From Escherichia coli (GTDB lineage Bacteria > Pseudomonadota > Gammaproteobacteria > Enterobacterales > Enterobacteriaceae): DNA of 64,000 nt. The stretch lies in the NCBI RefSeq assembly GCF_024502345.1, contig NZ_JALDNN010000001.1. One strand, 5' to 3'. The notes under the pieces were generated by a model. The model made no database searches. It was not told the DNA's origin and saw only the letters and a list, made by a program, of their open reading frames with translations. Below, in pieces: positions 9,281 through 22,084 of this stretch (position 1 is the first letter of the stretch; every line of letters begins with the position of its first letter). The position numbers and the translations under genes were made by a program.

Positions 9281-10945
9281 TTACTCGCCAACTTTCGCCC
9301 AGGTATCACGCAGCCCAACGGTGCGGTTAAATACCGGTTTTTCGGCAGTGGAATGGCGGCTGTCGAGGCAGAAGTAACCTTCACGCTCAAACTGGAATGC
9401 TTTACCCGCTACCGCATCTTTCAGCGACGGTTCAGCAAAGCCCTGTTTGATCACCAGCGATTCCGGGTTAATCACCGACAGGAAATCATCCGCAGCACCT
9501 GGGTTCGGCACGCTGAACAGACGGTCATACAAACGGATTTCAACCGGCAGCGCATGTGCCGCGCTCACCCAGTGAATAACACCTTTGACTTTACGACCAT
9601 CTGCCGGATCTTTGCTTAAGGTATCGGCGTCATAAGTACAGAAGATGGTGGTGATATTACCTTCGACATCTTTCTCGACGCGTTCTGCCTTAATCACATA
9701 AGCATTACGCAGACGCACTTCTTTACCGAGCACCAGACGTTTGTACTGCTTGTTAGCTTCTTCGCGGAAATCGGCGCGATCGATCCAAATCTCACCGCTA
9801 AACGGCACCTGACGGCTGCCCATTTCCGGTTTGTTCGGATGGTTCGGCATGGTAACCATTTCGCCTTCGCCCTGATAGTTTTCGATAACCAGTTTCACCG
9901 GATCGATAACCGCCATTGCGCGCGGCGCATTTTCGTTGAGATCTTCACGGATGCAGGATTCCAGCGACGCCATCTCAATGGTGTTGTCCTGCTTGGTCAC
10001 GCCGATGCGTTTGCAGAACTCACGAATAGAAGCCGCAGTGTAACCACGACGACGCAGACCGGAAATGGTCGGCATACGCGGGTCATCCCAGCCTTCAACG
10101 TGCTTATCGGTCACCAGCAGGTTCAGCTTACGCTTGGACATCACAGTGTATTCCAGATTCAGGCGCGAGAATTCGTACTGGCGCGGGTGAACAGGAATGG
10201 TGATGTTGTCCAGTACCCAGTCGTACAGACGACGGTTATCCTGGAACTCAAGCGTACACAGAGAGTGCGTAATACCTTCCAGAGCATCGCTGATGCAGTG
10301 GGTGAAGTCGTACATCGGGTAGATGCACCACTTGTTGCCAGTCTGGTGGTGTTCAGCAAATTTAATGCGGTACAGCACCGGATCGCGCATCACGATAAAC
10401 GGTGAAGCCATGTCGATTTTCGCACGCAGGCAGGCTTTACCTTCTTCAAAACCGCCGGTACGCATTTTCTCGAACAGCGCCAGGTTCTCTTCAACGCTAC
10501 GGTCGCGGTACGGGCTGTTTTTACCAGGCTGCGTCAGGGTGCCGCGGTATTCGCGGATCTGTTCCGGCGTCAGTTCATCAACGTACGCCAGGCCTTTATT
10601 GATCAGTTCGATCGCATAGGCGTGGAGCTGATCAAAATAATCGGAGGAGTAACGGACGTTACCAGACCAGTGAAAACCTAACCACTCTACGTCGTTTTTG
10701 ATCGACTCAACATACTCGATATCTTCTTTTACCGGGTTAGTGTCGTCGAAACGCAGGTTGCACTGGCCTTTATAGTCCTGGGCGATCCCGAAGTTCAGGC
10801 AGATAGATTTCGCATGGCCAATATGCAGATAGCCATTCGGCTCCGGCGGAAAACGGGTGTGTACTGTGGTGTGCTTACCACTGGCCAGATCTTCATCGAT
10901 GATCTGACGGATAAAGTTAGTCGGGCGGGCTTTTGCCTCACTCAT
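9281..10945 (-). CDS. glnS: Glutaminyl-tRNA synthetase
   Basis: 554 aa; HIGH motif (HIGHAKS) and VMSKR (KMSKS-type) motif. Confidence 0.97.
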   Translation of the reverse strand: MSEAKARPTNFIRQIIDEDLASGKHTTVHTRFPPEPNGYLHIGHAKSICLNFGIAQDYKGQCNLRFDDTNPVKEDIEYVESIKNDVEWLGFHWSGNVRYSSDYFDQLHAYAIELINKGLAYVDELTPEQIREYRGTLTQPGKNSPYRDRSVEENLALFEKMRTGGFEEGKACLRAKIDMASPFIVMRDPVLYRIKFAEHHQTGNKWCIYPMYDFTHCISDALEGITHSLCTLEFQDNRRLYDWVLDNITIPVHPRQYEFSRLNLEYTVMSKRKLNLLVTDKHVEGWDDPRMPTISGLRRRGYTAASIREFCKRIGVTKQDNTIEMASLESCIREDLNENAPRAMAVIDPVKLVIENYQGEGEMVTMPNHPNKPEMGSRQVPFSGEIWIDRADFREEANKQYKRLVLGKEVRLRNAYVIKAERVEKDVEGNITTIFCTYDADTLSKDPADGRKVKGVIHWVSAAHALPVEIRLYDRLFSVPNPGAADDFLSVINPESLVIKQGFAEPSLKDAVAGKAFQFEREGYFCLDSRHSTAEKPVFNRTVGLRDTWAKVGE

Positions 10946-11147
10946 CGTGGATTCCTCAAAGCGTAAACAACGTATAACGGCGTATGATCTTATAAGCGGG
11001 ACAGGCTGACAACTGTTAGTTTTTTAAAATTGATAATCTAACAAGGATTATGGGGATGATTGATGAAAAAAAAAGCGGCAGAGAAGATCTCCACCGCTTG
11101 TCATTGTTGGATGCGACGCTCAAGCGTCGCATCAGGCATAAAGCAGA

Positions 11148-13094
11148 TTACTTTTTGATTTCATACAGCGGTGTTTGACCCGCCACAACATGGCCCTGAG
11201 CTTTAATGATCAAGCCACTGAAATCGTCGATATTGCTGCAAACCACCGGGCTAATCATCGAGCGGGCGTTAGCGTTCAGGTAATCCAGATCCATTTCCAG
11301 AATCGGTTGCCCTGCGCTTACCTGCGCACCCTCTTCCACCAGACGTTTAAAGCCTTTACCTTCCAGCGCTACGGTGTCGATACCCATATGGACGACGATC
11401 TCCGCGCCTTTTTCGGTTTCCAGGCAGAACGCGTGGTTGGTGTTGAAGATTTTCACGATTGTCCCTGCGGCTGGTGATACGACGATTTTATCTGTCGGTT
11501 TCACCGCCACACCGTCACCCACCGCTTTGCTGGCGAATGCTTCGTCAGGAACCTGATCCAGTGCCACGACATCACCGGTAATCGGCGATACCAGCTCCGC
11601 GATAGATACCGCGTTTGGTACAGCCTGCGGTTTTGCTACAGGCGCGGCAGTTGCCGGAGTTGCTTCAGCTGACGCAGCGGCTACCGGACCACGGGCAACG
11701 ACTTTCTTCATCGCATCGCCGATGGATTCTGCTTTCGCGCCAACAATCACCTGAATAGTCTGTTTGTTCAGTTTCACTACACCAGAAGCACCCAGACGTT
11801 TACACATCGTATCGTTGACGCGGGCAGAGTCAGCCACGGTCAGGCGCAGACGGGTGATACAGGCGTCAATTGCTTTCAGGTTGTCAGTGCCGCCAACCGC
11901 AGCAATATAGTTGGTCGCCAGTTGATTGAGGCCTTCTTCAGTGTTGCTGTTGGCTTCTTCAGTAACGATCTCGTCTTCTTTATCTTCACGACCCGGCGTT
12001 TTCAGGTTGAACATGCGGATAACCAAACTGAACACCACGAAGTAGATAGCGAAGAAGACAACACCCATAACCAGCAGCATCCAGACGTTCTGGCTGGCGG
12101 CCGGCAGGTTATACATCAACGCGTAGTCGATAGCCCCCGCAGAGAAAGAGAAGCCAGCATGGATACCCAGCAGTGTTGCCACAAACAGGCTGATACCGGT
12201 CAGCAGTGCGTGCAGGAGGTACAGCAGCGGTGCAAGGAACATGAACAGGAATTCCAGCGGCTCAGTCACACCGGTCAGGAACGCAGTAACAGCAACAGAA
12301 AGCAGCATCCCGCCAACCATCGGACGACGCTCTTTCGGTGCTGCGAAGTACATCGCCAGCGCCGCACCCGGCAGACCGAACATCATAATCGGGAAGAAGC
12401 CGGACATGAACATCCCCGCGGTGCCGTCACCGGCATAGAAGCGGTTGATATCACCGTGGAAAACCGTACCCGCCGCGTTGGTGAATTCACCAATCTGGAA
12501 CCAGGCGATGGTGTTCAGCACCTGATGCAGACCGGTTGGGATCAGCAGACGGTTGATGAAACCAAAGATACCGGAACCCAGCGCGCCCGCAGAAACGATC
12601 CACTCGCCTCCTGCATGGATAGCGTGCTGTACCGGCGGCCAGACGTAACCAAAAATGGCCGCCAGCACCAGGCAGAAGAAGCCGGTGGCAATCGGCACAA
12701 AGCGTTTGCCGCCGAAGAAACTCAGGAAGTCCGGCAGTTTAATATCGGACCAACGGTTATAGGCTGCGCCACCAACCAGACCGGTAATGATACCCGCCAG
12801 TACACCCATGTTAATTTCTGGGTTGATGGTCACCATCGCTTTGGTTAACACAAAGTAACCTACCGCACCCGCCAGCGCCGCCGCACCTGCGCTGTCTTTC
12901 GACCAGCTGGATGCCACACCGATGGCGAAGATTAATGCGAGGTTATCAAAAATCGCACCGCCCGCCTGGGCAATAAACGCAACGTTAAGTAAATCTGGCT
13001 GACCGAATCGCAGCAACAGTGCCGCCACCGGCAGCACCGCGATAGGGAGCTGTAACGCCCTACCGAGTCGCTGGAAAAAACCTAAAATATTCAT
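11148..13094 (-). CDS. nagE: PTS N-acetylglucosamine-specific EIICBA component
   Basis: 648 aa; polytopic N-terminal EIIC domain, C-terminal EIIB/EIIA domains. Confidence 0.95.
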   Translation of the reverse strand: MNILGFFQRLGRALQLPIAVLPVAALLLRFGQPDLLNVAFIAQAGGAIFDNLALIFAIGVASSWSKDSAGAAALAGAVGYFVLTKAMVTINPEINMGVLAGIITGLVGGAAYNRWSDIKLPDFLSFFGGKRFVPIATGFFCLVLAAIFGYVWPPVQHAIHAGGEWIVSAGALGSGIFGFINRLLIPTGLHQVLNTIAWFQIGEFTNAAGTVFHGDINRFYAGDGTAGMFMSGFFPIMMFGLPGAALAMYFAAPKERRPMVGGMLLSVAVTAFLTGVTEPLEFLFMFLAPLLYLLHALLTGISLFVATLLGIHAGFSFSAGAIDYALMYNLPAASQNVWMLLVMGVVFFAIYFVVFSLVIRMFNLKTPGREDKEDEIVTEEANSNTEEGLNQLATNYIAAVGGTDNLKAIDACITRLRLTVADSARVNDTMCKRLGASGVVKLNKQTIQVIVGAKAESIGDAMKKVVARGPVAAASAEATPATAAPVAKPQAVPNAVSIAELVSPITGDVVALDQVPDEAFASKAVGDGVAVKPTDKIVVSPAAGTIVKIFNTNHAFCLETEKGAEIVVHMGIDTVALEGKGFKRLVEEGAQVSAGQPILEMDLDYLNANARSMISPVVCSNIDDFSGLIIKAQGHVVAGQTPLYEIKK

Positions 13095-13247
13095 CTTATT
13101 CCCCCTACGAGAACCCTATTTGGCTCGTTTAAAGCCGTATTTTTATTTTGCTGCAAATTGTACTGCCGATGTTCTGTAATCAGATTGTTAGATCATCTGC
13201 TACAGAGTGTGTGAAAATTTAATTCGTATCGCAAATTAAACGCGTGT

Positions 13248-13271
13248 CTTTTGTGAGTTTTGTCACCAAAT
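13248..13271. promoter_or_regulatory. CRP binding site in nagE-nagB divergent control region
   Basis: TGTGAgttttgTCACc closely matches TGTGA-N6-TCACA; flanked by AT-rich NagC-operator-like sequence (cttattttatcattcaaaaaatc). Confidence 0.6.
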
Positions 13272-13426
13272 ATCGTTATCATCACTCCCTTTTACTGGCT
13301 AAAGCAGAAAACTTATTTTATCATTCAAAAAATCAGGTCGGATTGACGCCTGTCTGCGCAAATCCAGGTTACGCTTAAAGATGCCTAATCCGCCAACGGC
13401 TTACATTTTACTTATTGAGGTGAATA

Positions 13427-15435
<2,009 letters not shown>

Positions 15436-15443
15436 GAGAAAGT

Positions 15444-16664
15444 ATGACACCAGGCGGACAAGCTCAGATAGGTAATGTTGATCTCGTAAAACAGCTTAAC
15501 AGCGCGGCGGTTTATCGCCTGATTGACCAGTACGGGCCAATCTCGCGGATTCAGATTGCCGAGCAAAGCCAGCTTGCCCCCGCCAGCGTAACCAAAATTA
15601 CGCGTCAGCTTATCGAACGCGGGCTGATCAAAGAAGTTGATCAGCAGGCCTCCACCGGGGGCCGCCGCGCTATCTCCATCGTCACCGAAACCCGCAATTT
15701 CCACGCAATCGGCGTACGGCTTGGTCGTCACGACGCCACCATCACCCTGTTTGATCTCAGCAGCAAAGTGCTGGCAGAAGAACATTACCCGCTGCCGGAA
15801 CGTACCCAGCAAACGCTGGAACATGCCCTGTTGAATGCCATTGCTCAGTTTATTGATAGCTACCAGCGCAAACTGCGCGAGCTGATCGCGATTTCGGTGA
15901 TCCTGCCAGGGCTTGTTGACCCGGACAGCGGCAAAATTCATTACATGCCGCATATTCAGGTAGAAAACTGGGGGCTGGTAGAAGCTCTGGAAGAACGTTT
16001 TAAAGTGACCTGTTTCGTTGGTCACGATATCCGTAGTCTGGCGCTGGCGGAGCACTACTTCGGTGCAAGTCAGGATTGCGAAGACTCCATTTTAGTGCGT
16101 GTCCATCGCGGAACCGGGGCCGGAATCATCTCTAACGGGCGCATTTTTATTGGCCGCAACGGCAACGTCGGTGAAATTGGCCATATTCAGGTCGAACCGC
16201 TGGGTGAACGCTGCCACTGCGGCAACTTTGGCTGCCTGGAAACTATCGCCGCCAACGCTGCCATTGAACAACGGGTGTTGAATCTGTTAAAGCAGGGCTA
16301 CCAGAGCCGCGTGCCGCTGGACGACTGCACCATCAAAACTATCTGCAAAGCCGCGAACAAAGGCGATAGTCTGGCGTCGGAAGTAATTGAGTATGTCGGT
16401 CGTCATCTGGGTAAAACCATCGCCATTGCTATCAACTTATTTAATCCGCAAAAAATTGTTATTGCCGGTGAAATCACCGAAGCCGATAAAGTGCTGCTCC
16501 CTGCTATTGAAAGCTGCATTAATACCCAGGCGCTGAAGGCGTTTCGCACTAATCTGCCGGTGGTACGTTCTGAGCTGGATCACCGCTCGGCAATCGGCGC
16601 TTTTGCGCTGGTAAAACGCGCCATGCTCAACGGTATTTTGCTCCAGCATTTGCTGGAAAATTAA
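15444..16664 (+). CDS. nagC: NagC transcriptional regulator (ROK family)
   Basis: 406 aa; N-terminal HTH, ROK domain with CxCGxxGC zinc motif (CHCGNFGC). Confidence 0.95.
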   Translation: MTPGGQAQIGNVDLVKQLNSAAVYRLIDQYGPISRIQIAEQSQLAPASVTKITRQLIERGLIKEVDQQASTGGRRAISIVTETRNFHAIGVRLGRHDATITLFDLSSKVLAEEHYPLPERTQQTLEHALLNAIAQFIDSYQRKLRELIAISVILPGLVDPDSGKIHYMPHIQVENWGLVEALEERFKVTCFVGHDIRSLALAEHYFGASQDCEDSILVRVHRGTGAGIISNGRIFIGRNGNVGEIGHIQVEPLGERCHCGNFGCLETIAANAAIEQRVLNLLKQGYQSRVPLDDCTIKTICKAANKGDSLASEVIEYVGRHLGKTIAIAINLFNPQKIVIAGEITEADKVLLPAIESCINTQALKAFRTNLPVVRSELDHRSAIGAFALVKRAMLNGILLQHLLEN

Positions 16665-16711
16665 TGTGCTTTTATAGTGGCGCTTATTGTTGTCAATATT
16701 CTGGGTAGTCC

Positions 16712-17464
16712 ATGACCATTAAAAATGTAATTTGCGATATCGACGGCGTGCTGATGCACGATAACGTCGCCGTACCGGGTGCAGCGGAATTTTTGCACGG
16801 GATTATGGATAAAGGCCTGCCGCTGGTGTTGCTGACCAACTATCCTTCGCAGACTGGGCAAGATCTGGCGAACCGCTTTGCCACCGCAGGTGTCGATGTA
16901 CCTGACAGCGTGTTTTATACCTCTGCGATGGCGACTGCCGATTTCCTGCGTCGCCAGGAAGGCAAGAAAGCATATGTGGTGGGCGAAGGCGCACTGATTC
17001 ATGAACTGTACAAAGCCGGTTTCACTATTACCGATGTGAACCCTGATTTTGTGATTGTTGGCGAAACGCGTTCCTACAACTGGGACATGATGCATAAAGC
17101 GGCCTATTTCGTCGCTAACGGTGCACGCTTTATCGCCACCAACCCGGATACTCACGGGCGCGGTTTTTATCCGGCCTGTGGCGCGTTGTGTGCAGGGATT
17201 GAGAAAATCTCCGGGCGCAAACCGTTCTATGTTGGTAAGCCGAGTCCGTGGATTATCCGCGCGGCATTAAACAAAATGCAGGCACATTCGGAAGAAACGG
17301 TGATTGTCGGCGATAACCTGCGTACCGATATTCTGGCCGGCTTCCAGGCAGGTCTGGAGACGATTCTGGTGCTTTCTGGTGTTTCATCGCTCGACGATAT
17401 CGACAGTATGCCGTTCCGCCCAAGCTGGATTTACCCGTCAGTCGCTGAAATCGACGTTATCTGA
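16712..17464 (+). CDS. nagD: UMP phosphatase NagD/UmpH (HAD superfamily)
   Basis: 250 aa; DIDGV HAD motif I. Confidence 0.93.
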   Translation: MTIKNVICDIDGVLMHDNVAVPGAAEFLHGIMDKGLPLVLLTNYPSQTGQDLANRFATAGVDVPDSVFYTSAMATADFLRRQEGKKAYVVGEGALIHELYKAGFTITDVNPDFVIVGETRSYNWDMMHKAAYFVANGARFIATNPDTHGRGFYPACGALCAGIEKISGRKPFYVGKPSPWIIRAALNKMQAHSEETVIVGDNLRTDILAGFQAGLETILVLSGVSSLDDIDSMPFRPSWIYPSVAEIDVI

Positions 17465-17515
17465 ATACCACCCACGTCTGCGGACGTGGTTGGCTCTGAT
17501 GACAAACGCCAAACT

Positions 17516-17614
17516 GCCTGATGCGCTACGCTTATCAGGCCTACGCAGCTCCTGCAATATATTGAATTTTCATGCTTTTGTAGGCCGGATAAGGCGTTCA
17601 CGCCGCATCCGGCA
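17516..17614. repeat. REP/BIME element (Z REP, IHF-like spacer, inverted Y REP)
   Basis: Reverse-complement copy of the element at 9104-9201. Confidence 0.85.
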
Positions 17615-17860
17615 TGAACAAATCGCACTTTATCAGCAATTTGGCCCCCGTAAAATATAACCATTCAATAAAACCCGCTAAAAATTATCGATTCATCAAT
17701 AAATACATCCTCACACCAGACCCTTTTTCACCAATCGACAATCACCATTACGTTTTTTATTTTTTCACCGCCAAATCGCTTGCGCACAGTGCTGCTTTGC
17801 GGCATTTTTTTAAACAAGCAAACACAACAAGCAACAAATACCAGGTTAACGGAGAAGGTT

Positions 17861-19525
17861 ATGTGTTCAATTTTTGGCGTATTCGATATCAAAACAGACG
17901 CAGTTGAGCTGCGTAAGAAAGCACTCGAGCTGTCACGCCTGATGCGTCATCGTGGCCCGGACTGGTCCGGTATTTATGCCAGCGATAACGCCATTCTCGC
18001 TCACGAACGTCTGTCAATTGTTGACGTTAACGCGGGGGCGCAACCTCTCTACAACCAACAAAAAACCCACGTACTGGCGGTAAACGGTGAAATCTACAAC
18101 CACCAGGCATTGCGCGCTGAATATGGCGATCGTTATCAGTTCCAGACAGGGTCTGACTGTGAAGTGATCCTCGCGCTGTATCAGGAAAAAGGGCCGGAAT
18201 TTCTCGACGACTTGCAGGGCATGTTTGCCTTTGCCCTGTACGACAGCGAAAAAGATGCCTACCTGATTGGTCGCGACCATCTGGGGATCATCCCACTGTA
18301 TATGGGCTATGACGAACACGGTCAGCTGTATGTGGCCTCAGAAATGAAAGCCCTGGTGCCAGTTTGCCGCACGATTAAAGAGTTCCCGGCGGGGAGCTAT
18401 TTGTGGAGTCAGGACGGCGAAATCCGTTCTTATTATCATCGCGACTGGTTCGACTACGATGCGGTGAAAGATAACGTGACCGACAAAAACGAGCTGCGTC
18501 AGGCACTGGAAGATTCCGTTAAAAGCCATCTGATGTCTGATGTGCCTTACGGTGTGCTGCTCTCGGGTGGTCTGGATTCCTCAATTATTTCCGCGATCAC
18601 CAAGAAATACGCCGCCCGTCGCGTGGAAGATCAGGAACGCTCTGAAGCCTGGTGGCCGCAATTACACTCCTTTGCTGTAGGTCTGCCGGGTTCACCGGAT
18701 CTGAAAGCAGCCCAGGAAGTGGCAAACCATCTGGGCACGGTGCATCACGAAATTCACTTCACTGTACAGGAAGGTCTGGATGCCATCCGCGACGTGATTT
18801 ACCACATCGAAACTTATGATGTGACCACAATTCGCGCTTCAACACCGATGTATTTAATGTCGCGTAAGATCAAGGCGATGGGCATTAAAATGGTGCTGTC
18901 CGGTGAAGGTTCTGATGAAGTGTTTGGCGGTTATCTTTACTTCCATAAAGCGCCCAACGCTAAAGAACTGCATGAAGAGACGGTGCGTAAACTGCTGGCC
19001 CTGCATATGTATGACTGCGCGCGCGCCAACAAAGCGATGTCCGCCTGGGGCGTGGAAGCGCGCGTTCCGTTCCTCGACAAAAAATTCCTTGATGTGGCGA
19101 TGCGTATTAACCCACAGGATAAAATGTGCGGCAACGGCAAAATGGAAAAACACATCCTGCGTGAATGTTTTGAAGCGTATCTGCCTGCAAGCGTGGCCTG
19201 GCGGCAGAAAGAGCAGTTCTCCGATGGCGTCGGTTACAGTTGGATCGACACTCTGAAAGAAGTGGCGGCGCAGCAGGTTTCTGATCAACAGCTGGAAACT
19301 GCCCGCTTCCGCTTCCCGTACAACACGCCGACGTCCAAAGAAGCGTATCTGTACCGGGAGATCTTTGAAGAACTGTTCCCACTTCCGAGCGCCGCTGAGT
19401 GCGTACCGGGCGGTCCTTCCGTCGCGTGTTCTTCAGCTAAAGCGATCGAATGGGATGAAGCGTTCAAAAAAATGGACGATCCATCTGGTCGTGCGGTTGG
19501 TGTTCACCAGTCGGCATATAAGTAA
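17861..19525 (+). CDS. asnB: Asparagine synthetase B (glutamine-hydrolysing)
   Basis: 554 aa from internal Met; N-terminal nucleophile Cys (MCSIFG); SGGLDSS PP-loop. Confidence 0.95.
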   Translation: MCSIFGVFDIKTDAVELRKKALELSRLMRHRGPDWSGIYASDNAILAHERLSIVDVNAGAQPLYNQQKTHVLAVNGEIYNHQALRAEYGDRYQFQTGSDCEVILALYQEKGPEFLDDLQGMFAFALYDSEKDAYLIGRDHLGIIPLYMGYDEHGQLYVASEMKALVPVCRTIKEFPAGSYLWSQDGEIRSYYHRDWFDYDAVKDNVTDKNELRQALEDSVKSHLMSDVPYGVLLSGGLDSSIISAITKKYAARRVEDQERSEAWWPQLHSFAVGLPGSPDLKAAQEVANHLGTVHHEIHFTVQEGLDAIRDVIYHIETYDVTTIRASTPMYLMSRKIKAMGIKMVLSGEGSDEVFGGYLYFHKAPNAKELHEETVRKLLALHMYDCARANKAMSAWGVEARVPFLDKKFLDVAMRINPQDKMCGNGKMEKHILRECFEAYLPASVAWRQKEQFSDGVGYSWIDTLKEVAAQQVSDQQLETARFRFPYNTPTSKEAYLYREIFEELFPLPSAAECVPGGPSVACSSAKAIEWDEAFKKMDDPSGRAVGVHQSAYK

Positions 19526-19533
19526 GAAATGCG

Positions 19534-19568
19534 AAACAGCCCCGGTGAAATCCGGGGCTGTTTCAATT
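19534..19568 (+). terminator. Intrinsic terminator after asnB
   Basis: aaacagccccgg-tgaaa-tccggggctgttt hairpin followed by T-containing tail. Confidence 0.75.
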
Positions 19569-19836
19569 ATTGAGGTGCCTGTTGATTCTGATATGCAGTA
19601 AGGAAATGTTCCGGGTTTGCCACATCACTGTTTGACAACTCATCACTGTAGGCCAGTATTTCATAGATTAATTTCCCACCACTATTGTTGAATTCCGAAT
19701 TTCATCCTGTATGACAAAAGAATGGCTGTAGGGTGGGGAAAAAACACAAAGTAAACAATAATTGACGAATATAGCGCCACGCTGTTCGCAACCTAACCAA
19801 ACAGTCACTTTCGAGCAATTTTCCTTGAAAAAGAGG

Positions 19837-19866
19837 TTGACGCTGCAAGGCTCTATACGCATAATG
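19837..19866 (+). promoter_or_regulatory. Sigma-70 promoter of the tRNA operon, with GC-rich discriminator
   Basis: TTGACG (-35), ~17-bp spacer, CATAAT (-10), then gcgccccgc; AT-rich UP-like sequence upstream. Confidence 0.5.
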
Positions 19867-19905
19867 CGCCCCGCAACGCCGATAAGGTATCGCGAAAAAA
19901 AAGAT

Positions 19906-19982
19906 GGCTACGTAGCTCAGTTGGTTAGAGCACATCACTCATAATGATGGGGTCACAGGTTCGAATCCCGTCGTAGCCACCA
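19906..19982 (+). tRNA. metT: tRNA-Met (CAU), elongator
   Basis: 77 nt; ggctacgtagctcag...CCA; anticodon loop ctCATaa. Confidence 0.95.
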
Positions 19983-19991
19983 TCTTTTTTT

Positions 19992-20076
19992 GCGGGAGTG
20001 GCGAAATTGGTAGACGCACCAGATTTAGGTTCTGGCGCCGCAAGGTGTGCGAGTTCAAGTCTCGCCTCCCGCACCA
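19992..20076 (+). tRNA. leuW: tRNA-Leu (UAG)
   Basis: 85 nt with long variable arm; anticodon loop ttTAGgt; ends CCA. Confidence 0.93.
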
Positions 20077-20099
20077 TTCACCAGAAAGCGTTGTACGGA

Positions 20100-20174
20100 T
20101 GGGGTATCGCCAAGCGGTAAGGCACCGGTTTTTGATACCGGCATTCCCTGGTTCGAATCCAGGTACCCCAGCCA
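20100..20174 (+). tRNA. glnU: tRNA-Gln (UUG)
   Basis: 75 nt; tggggtatcgccaagcggtaagg...; anticodon loop ttTTGat. Confidence 0.93.
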
Positions 20175-20208
20175 TCTTCTTCGAGTAAGCGGTTCACCGC
20201 CCGGTTAT

Positions 20209-20283
20209 TGGGGTATCGCCAAGCGGTAAGGCACCGGTTTTTGATACCGGCATTCCCTGGTTCGAATCCAGGTACCCCAGCCA
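20209..20283 (+). tRNA. glnW: tRNA-Gln (UUG)
   Basis: 75 nt; identical to the copy at 20100-20174. Confidence 0.93.
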
Positions 20284-20298
20284 TCGAAGAAACAATCT

Positions 20299-20375
20299 GG
20301 CTACGTAGCTCAGTTGGTTAGAGCACATCACTCATAATGATGGGGTCACAGGTTCGAATCCCGTCGTAGCCACCA
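20299..20375 (+). tRNA. metU: tRNA-Met (CAU), elongator
   Basis: 77 nt; identical to the copy at 19906-19982. Confidence 0.93.
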
Positions 20376-20423
20376 AATTCTGAATGTGTCGAATACGTTC
20401 GGCAAATTCAAAAACCAATTTGT

Positions 20424-20498
20424 TGGGGTATCGCCAAGCGGTAAGGCACCGGATTCTGATTCCGGCATTCCGAGGTTCGAATCCTCGTACCCCAGCCA
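20424..20498 (+). tRNA. glnV: tRNA-Gln (CUG)
   Basis: 75 nt; anticodon loop ttCTGat (wild-type, not the supE amber-suppressor allele). Confidence 0.93.
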
Positions 20499-20535
20499 AT
20501 TTATTCAAGACGCTTACATCGTAAGTGCACCCAGT

Positions 20536-20610
20536 TGGGGTATCGCCAAGCGGTAAGGCACCGGATTCTGATTCCGGCATTCCGAGGTTCGAATCCTCGT
20601 ACCCCAGCCA
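20536..20610 (+). tRNA. glnX: tRNA-Gln (CUG)
   Basis: 75 nt; identical to the copy at 20424-20498. Confidence 0.93.
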
Positions 20611-20614
20611 CATT

Positions 20615-20645
20615 AAAAAAGCTCGCTTCGGCGAGCTTTTTGCTT
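20615..20645 (+). terminator. Intrinsic terminator of the tRNA operon
   Basis: aaaaaagctcgc-ttcg-gcgagctttttgctttt. Confidence 0.85.
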
Positions 20646-20664
20646 TTCTGCGTTCATTCAATGT

Positions 20665-20735
20665 CGAATGCGATGTTGACACGTCTTATCCTTCAATGTC
20701 GGATGCGACGCTGCCGCGTCTTATCCGACCTACGG
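20665..20735. repeat. Degenerate REP-like palindromic units
   Basis: gtcgaatgcgatgttgacacgtcttatcc...gtcggatgcgacgctgccgcgtcttatccgacctac. Confidence 0.5.
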
Positions 20736-20763
20736 TTGGCACGCATCCGGCAATGTTGTAAGG

Positions 20764-21939
20764 CTACAACCCTAACGCATATTTCAGCGCCTGACGTTTC
20801 AACACGCCAGCACGCTCTGCCGCCATTAACCCGAGATTACGCACAAAACGCAGCGGCGGCAGATTATTACTGAATCCGGCATAAAACAGATCCATACCAC
20901 TTTGCATAATGAAGTTATCCGCCATGCGCCGCATCTGGTAACGCTTGAGGACAGGATAACTGGCCCACGCTTCACCGTAGCTGCGGGCATTCACCAGAAC
21001 ATCAATCAGGGCATCGACATCACGATAACCAAGATTCACCCCCTGCCCCGCCAGCGGATGGATGGTATGCGCGGCATCGCCCACCAGCGCAAGCCCCGGC
21101 TGCACATACTGCAACGCATGTCGGCGCGTCAGCGGAAACGCACCAGCGGCAAGCGGTGTAACGTAACCCAGACGCGACGGGAAATGCTTCGCGATTTCCG
21201 CCTGGAGTTGCGCCATATTCATATTCTGCAACTGGCGAATACGCACCGGAGAGTCATACCACACCAGCGATGCCCAGTTATCAAACAACGGCAGAAACGC
21301 ACGCGGTCCGTCCGGGGTAAATTGCTGCCAGGTGCTGTCGCCGGGATCGTTCTCACACTGTACGCTAATCAACATACACGACTGCGCATACTGCCAGGCA
21401 TGAACGCCAATTCCCGCCATCTGCCGCACCTGCGAATTTGCTCCGTCAGCACCAATCACCAGCTTCGCGCGAATCACTTCACCGCCCTTCAGTTCCAGCT
21501 CCTGAAGATCATTATCTCGATGTAATGCAATCAGCGAGCCTAGCACACGTAACGTTACTTTCGGATGAGCTTCCAGCGCCTGCCACAATGCCTGTTGCAG
21601 GACGGTGTTTTCCACCATATAGCCAAGCAGCGGCAGCTTAAGTTCAGCGGCGTCAAACATCACATGCGCCGTTTCCCACTCCCACGTTTCCAGTCTGCGG
21701 TAAGGATGGCAACGCATAGCCTGTACTGCATCCCAGACCCCTAACCCTTTAAGCAATGATACCGATGCGGCGCTGATCGCCGAGATCCGCACGTCCGGTT
21801 GGCTATCAGCGACAAACGGTGCAGGTTCTGCGTGCTCGATCACCGTTACCGAAAATCCGTGCTGTGCCAGCCCCAGCGCCAGTGCGCCGCCGACCATTCC
21901 TCCGCCGACAATGGCAATTTCCGTTGGTTGATTTGTCAT
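20764..21939 (-). CDS. ubiF: Ubiquinone biosynthesis FAD-dependent monooxygenase UbiF
   Basis: 391 aa; N-terminal GxGxxG (IVGGGMVGG) FAD-binding motif. Confidence 0.9.
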   Translation of the reverse strand: MTNQPTEIAIVGGGMVGGALALGLAQHGFSVTVIEHAEPAPFVADSQPDVRISAISAASVSLLKGLGVWDAVQAMRCHPYRRLETWEWETAHVMFDAAELKLPLLGYMVENTVLQQALWQALEAHPKVTLRVLGSLIALHRDNDLQELELKGGEVIRAKLVIGADGANSQVRQMAGIGVHAWQYAQSCMLISVQCENDPGDSTWQQFTPDGPRAFLPLFDNWASLVWYDSPVRIRQLQNMNMAQLQAEIAKHFPSRLGYVTPLAAGAFPLTRRHALQYVQPGLALVGDAAHTIHPLAGQGVNLGYRDVDALIDVLVNARSYGEAWASYPVLKRYQMRRMADNFIMQSGMDLFYAGFSNNLPPLRFVRNLGLMAAERAGVLKRQALKYALGL

Positions 21940-22084
21940 GGTCAATCATCCTGTTAGCAATATGCTTTAAGTTTACAGGATTTTTACCCCCAAGGGCTGA
22001 TAACGCTCATACTGGTCACAACGGCAGCAAAGCATTACACTATGCGCCCTGCATTCCTGGCTACTATTTCGCAAGAGCAAGTCG

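Noticed and set aside
17471-17491. Hairpin after nagD as a terminator
   Set aside because: The stem-loop (ccacgtc-tgcg-gacgtgg) is not followed by a T-run; termination more likely uses the downstream REP structures or is Rho-dependent.
19906-20735. tRNA cluster as an integration site for a genomic island
   Set aside because: There is no integrase, no direct-repeat duplication of a tRNA 3' end, and the flanking genes (asnB, ubiF) are conserved core genes.
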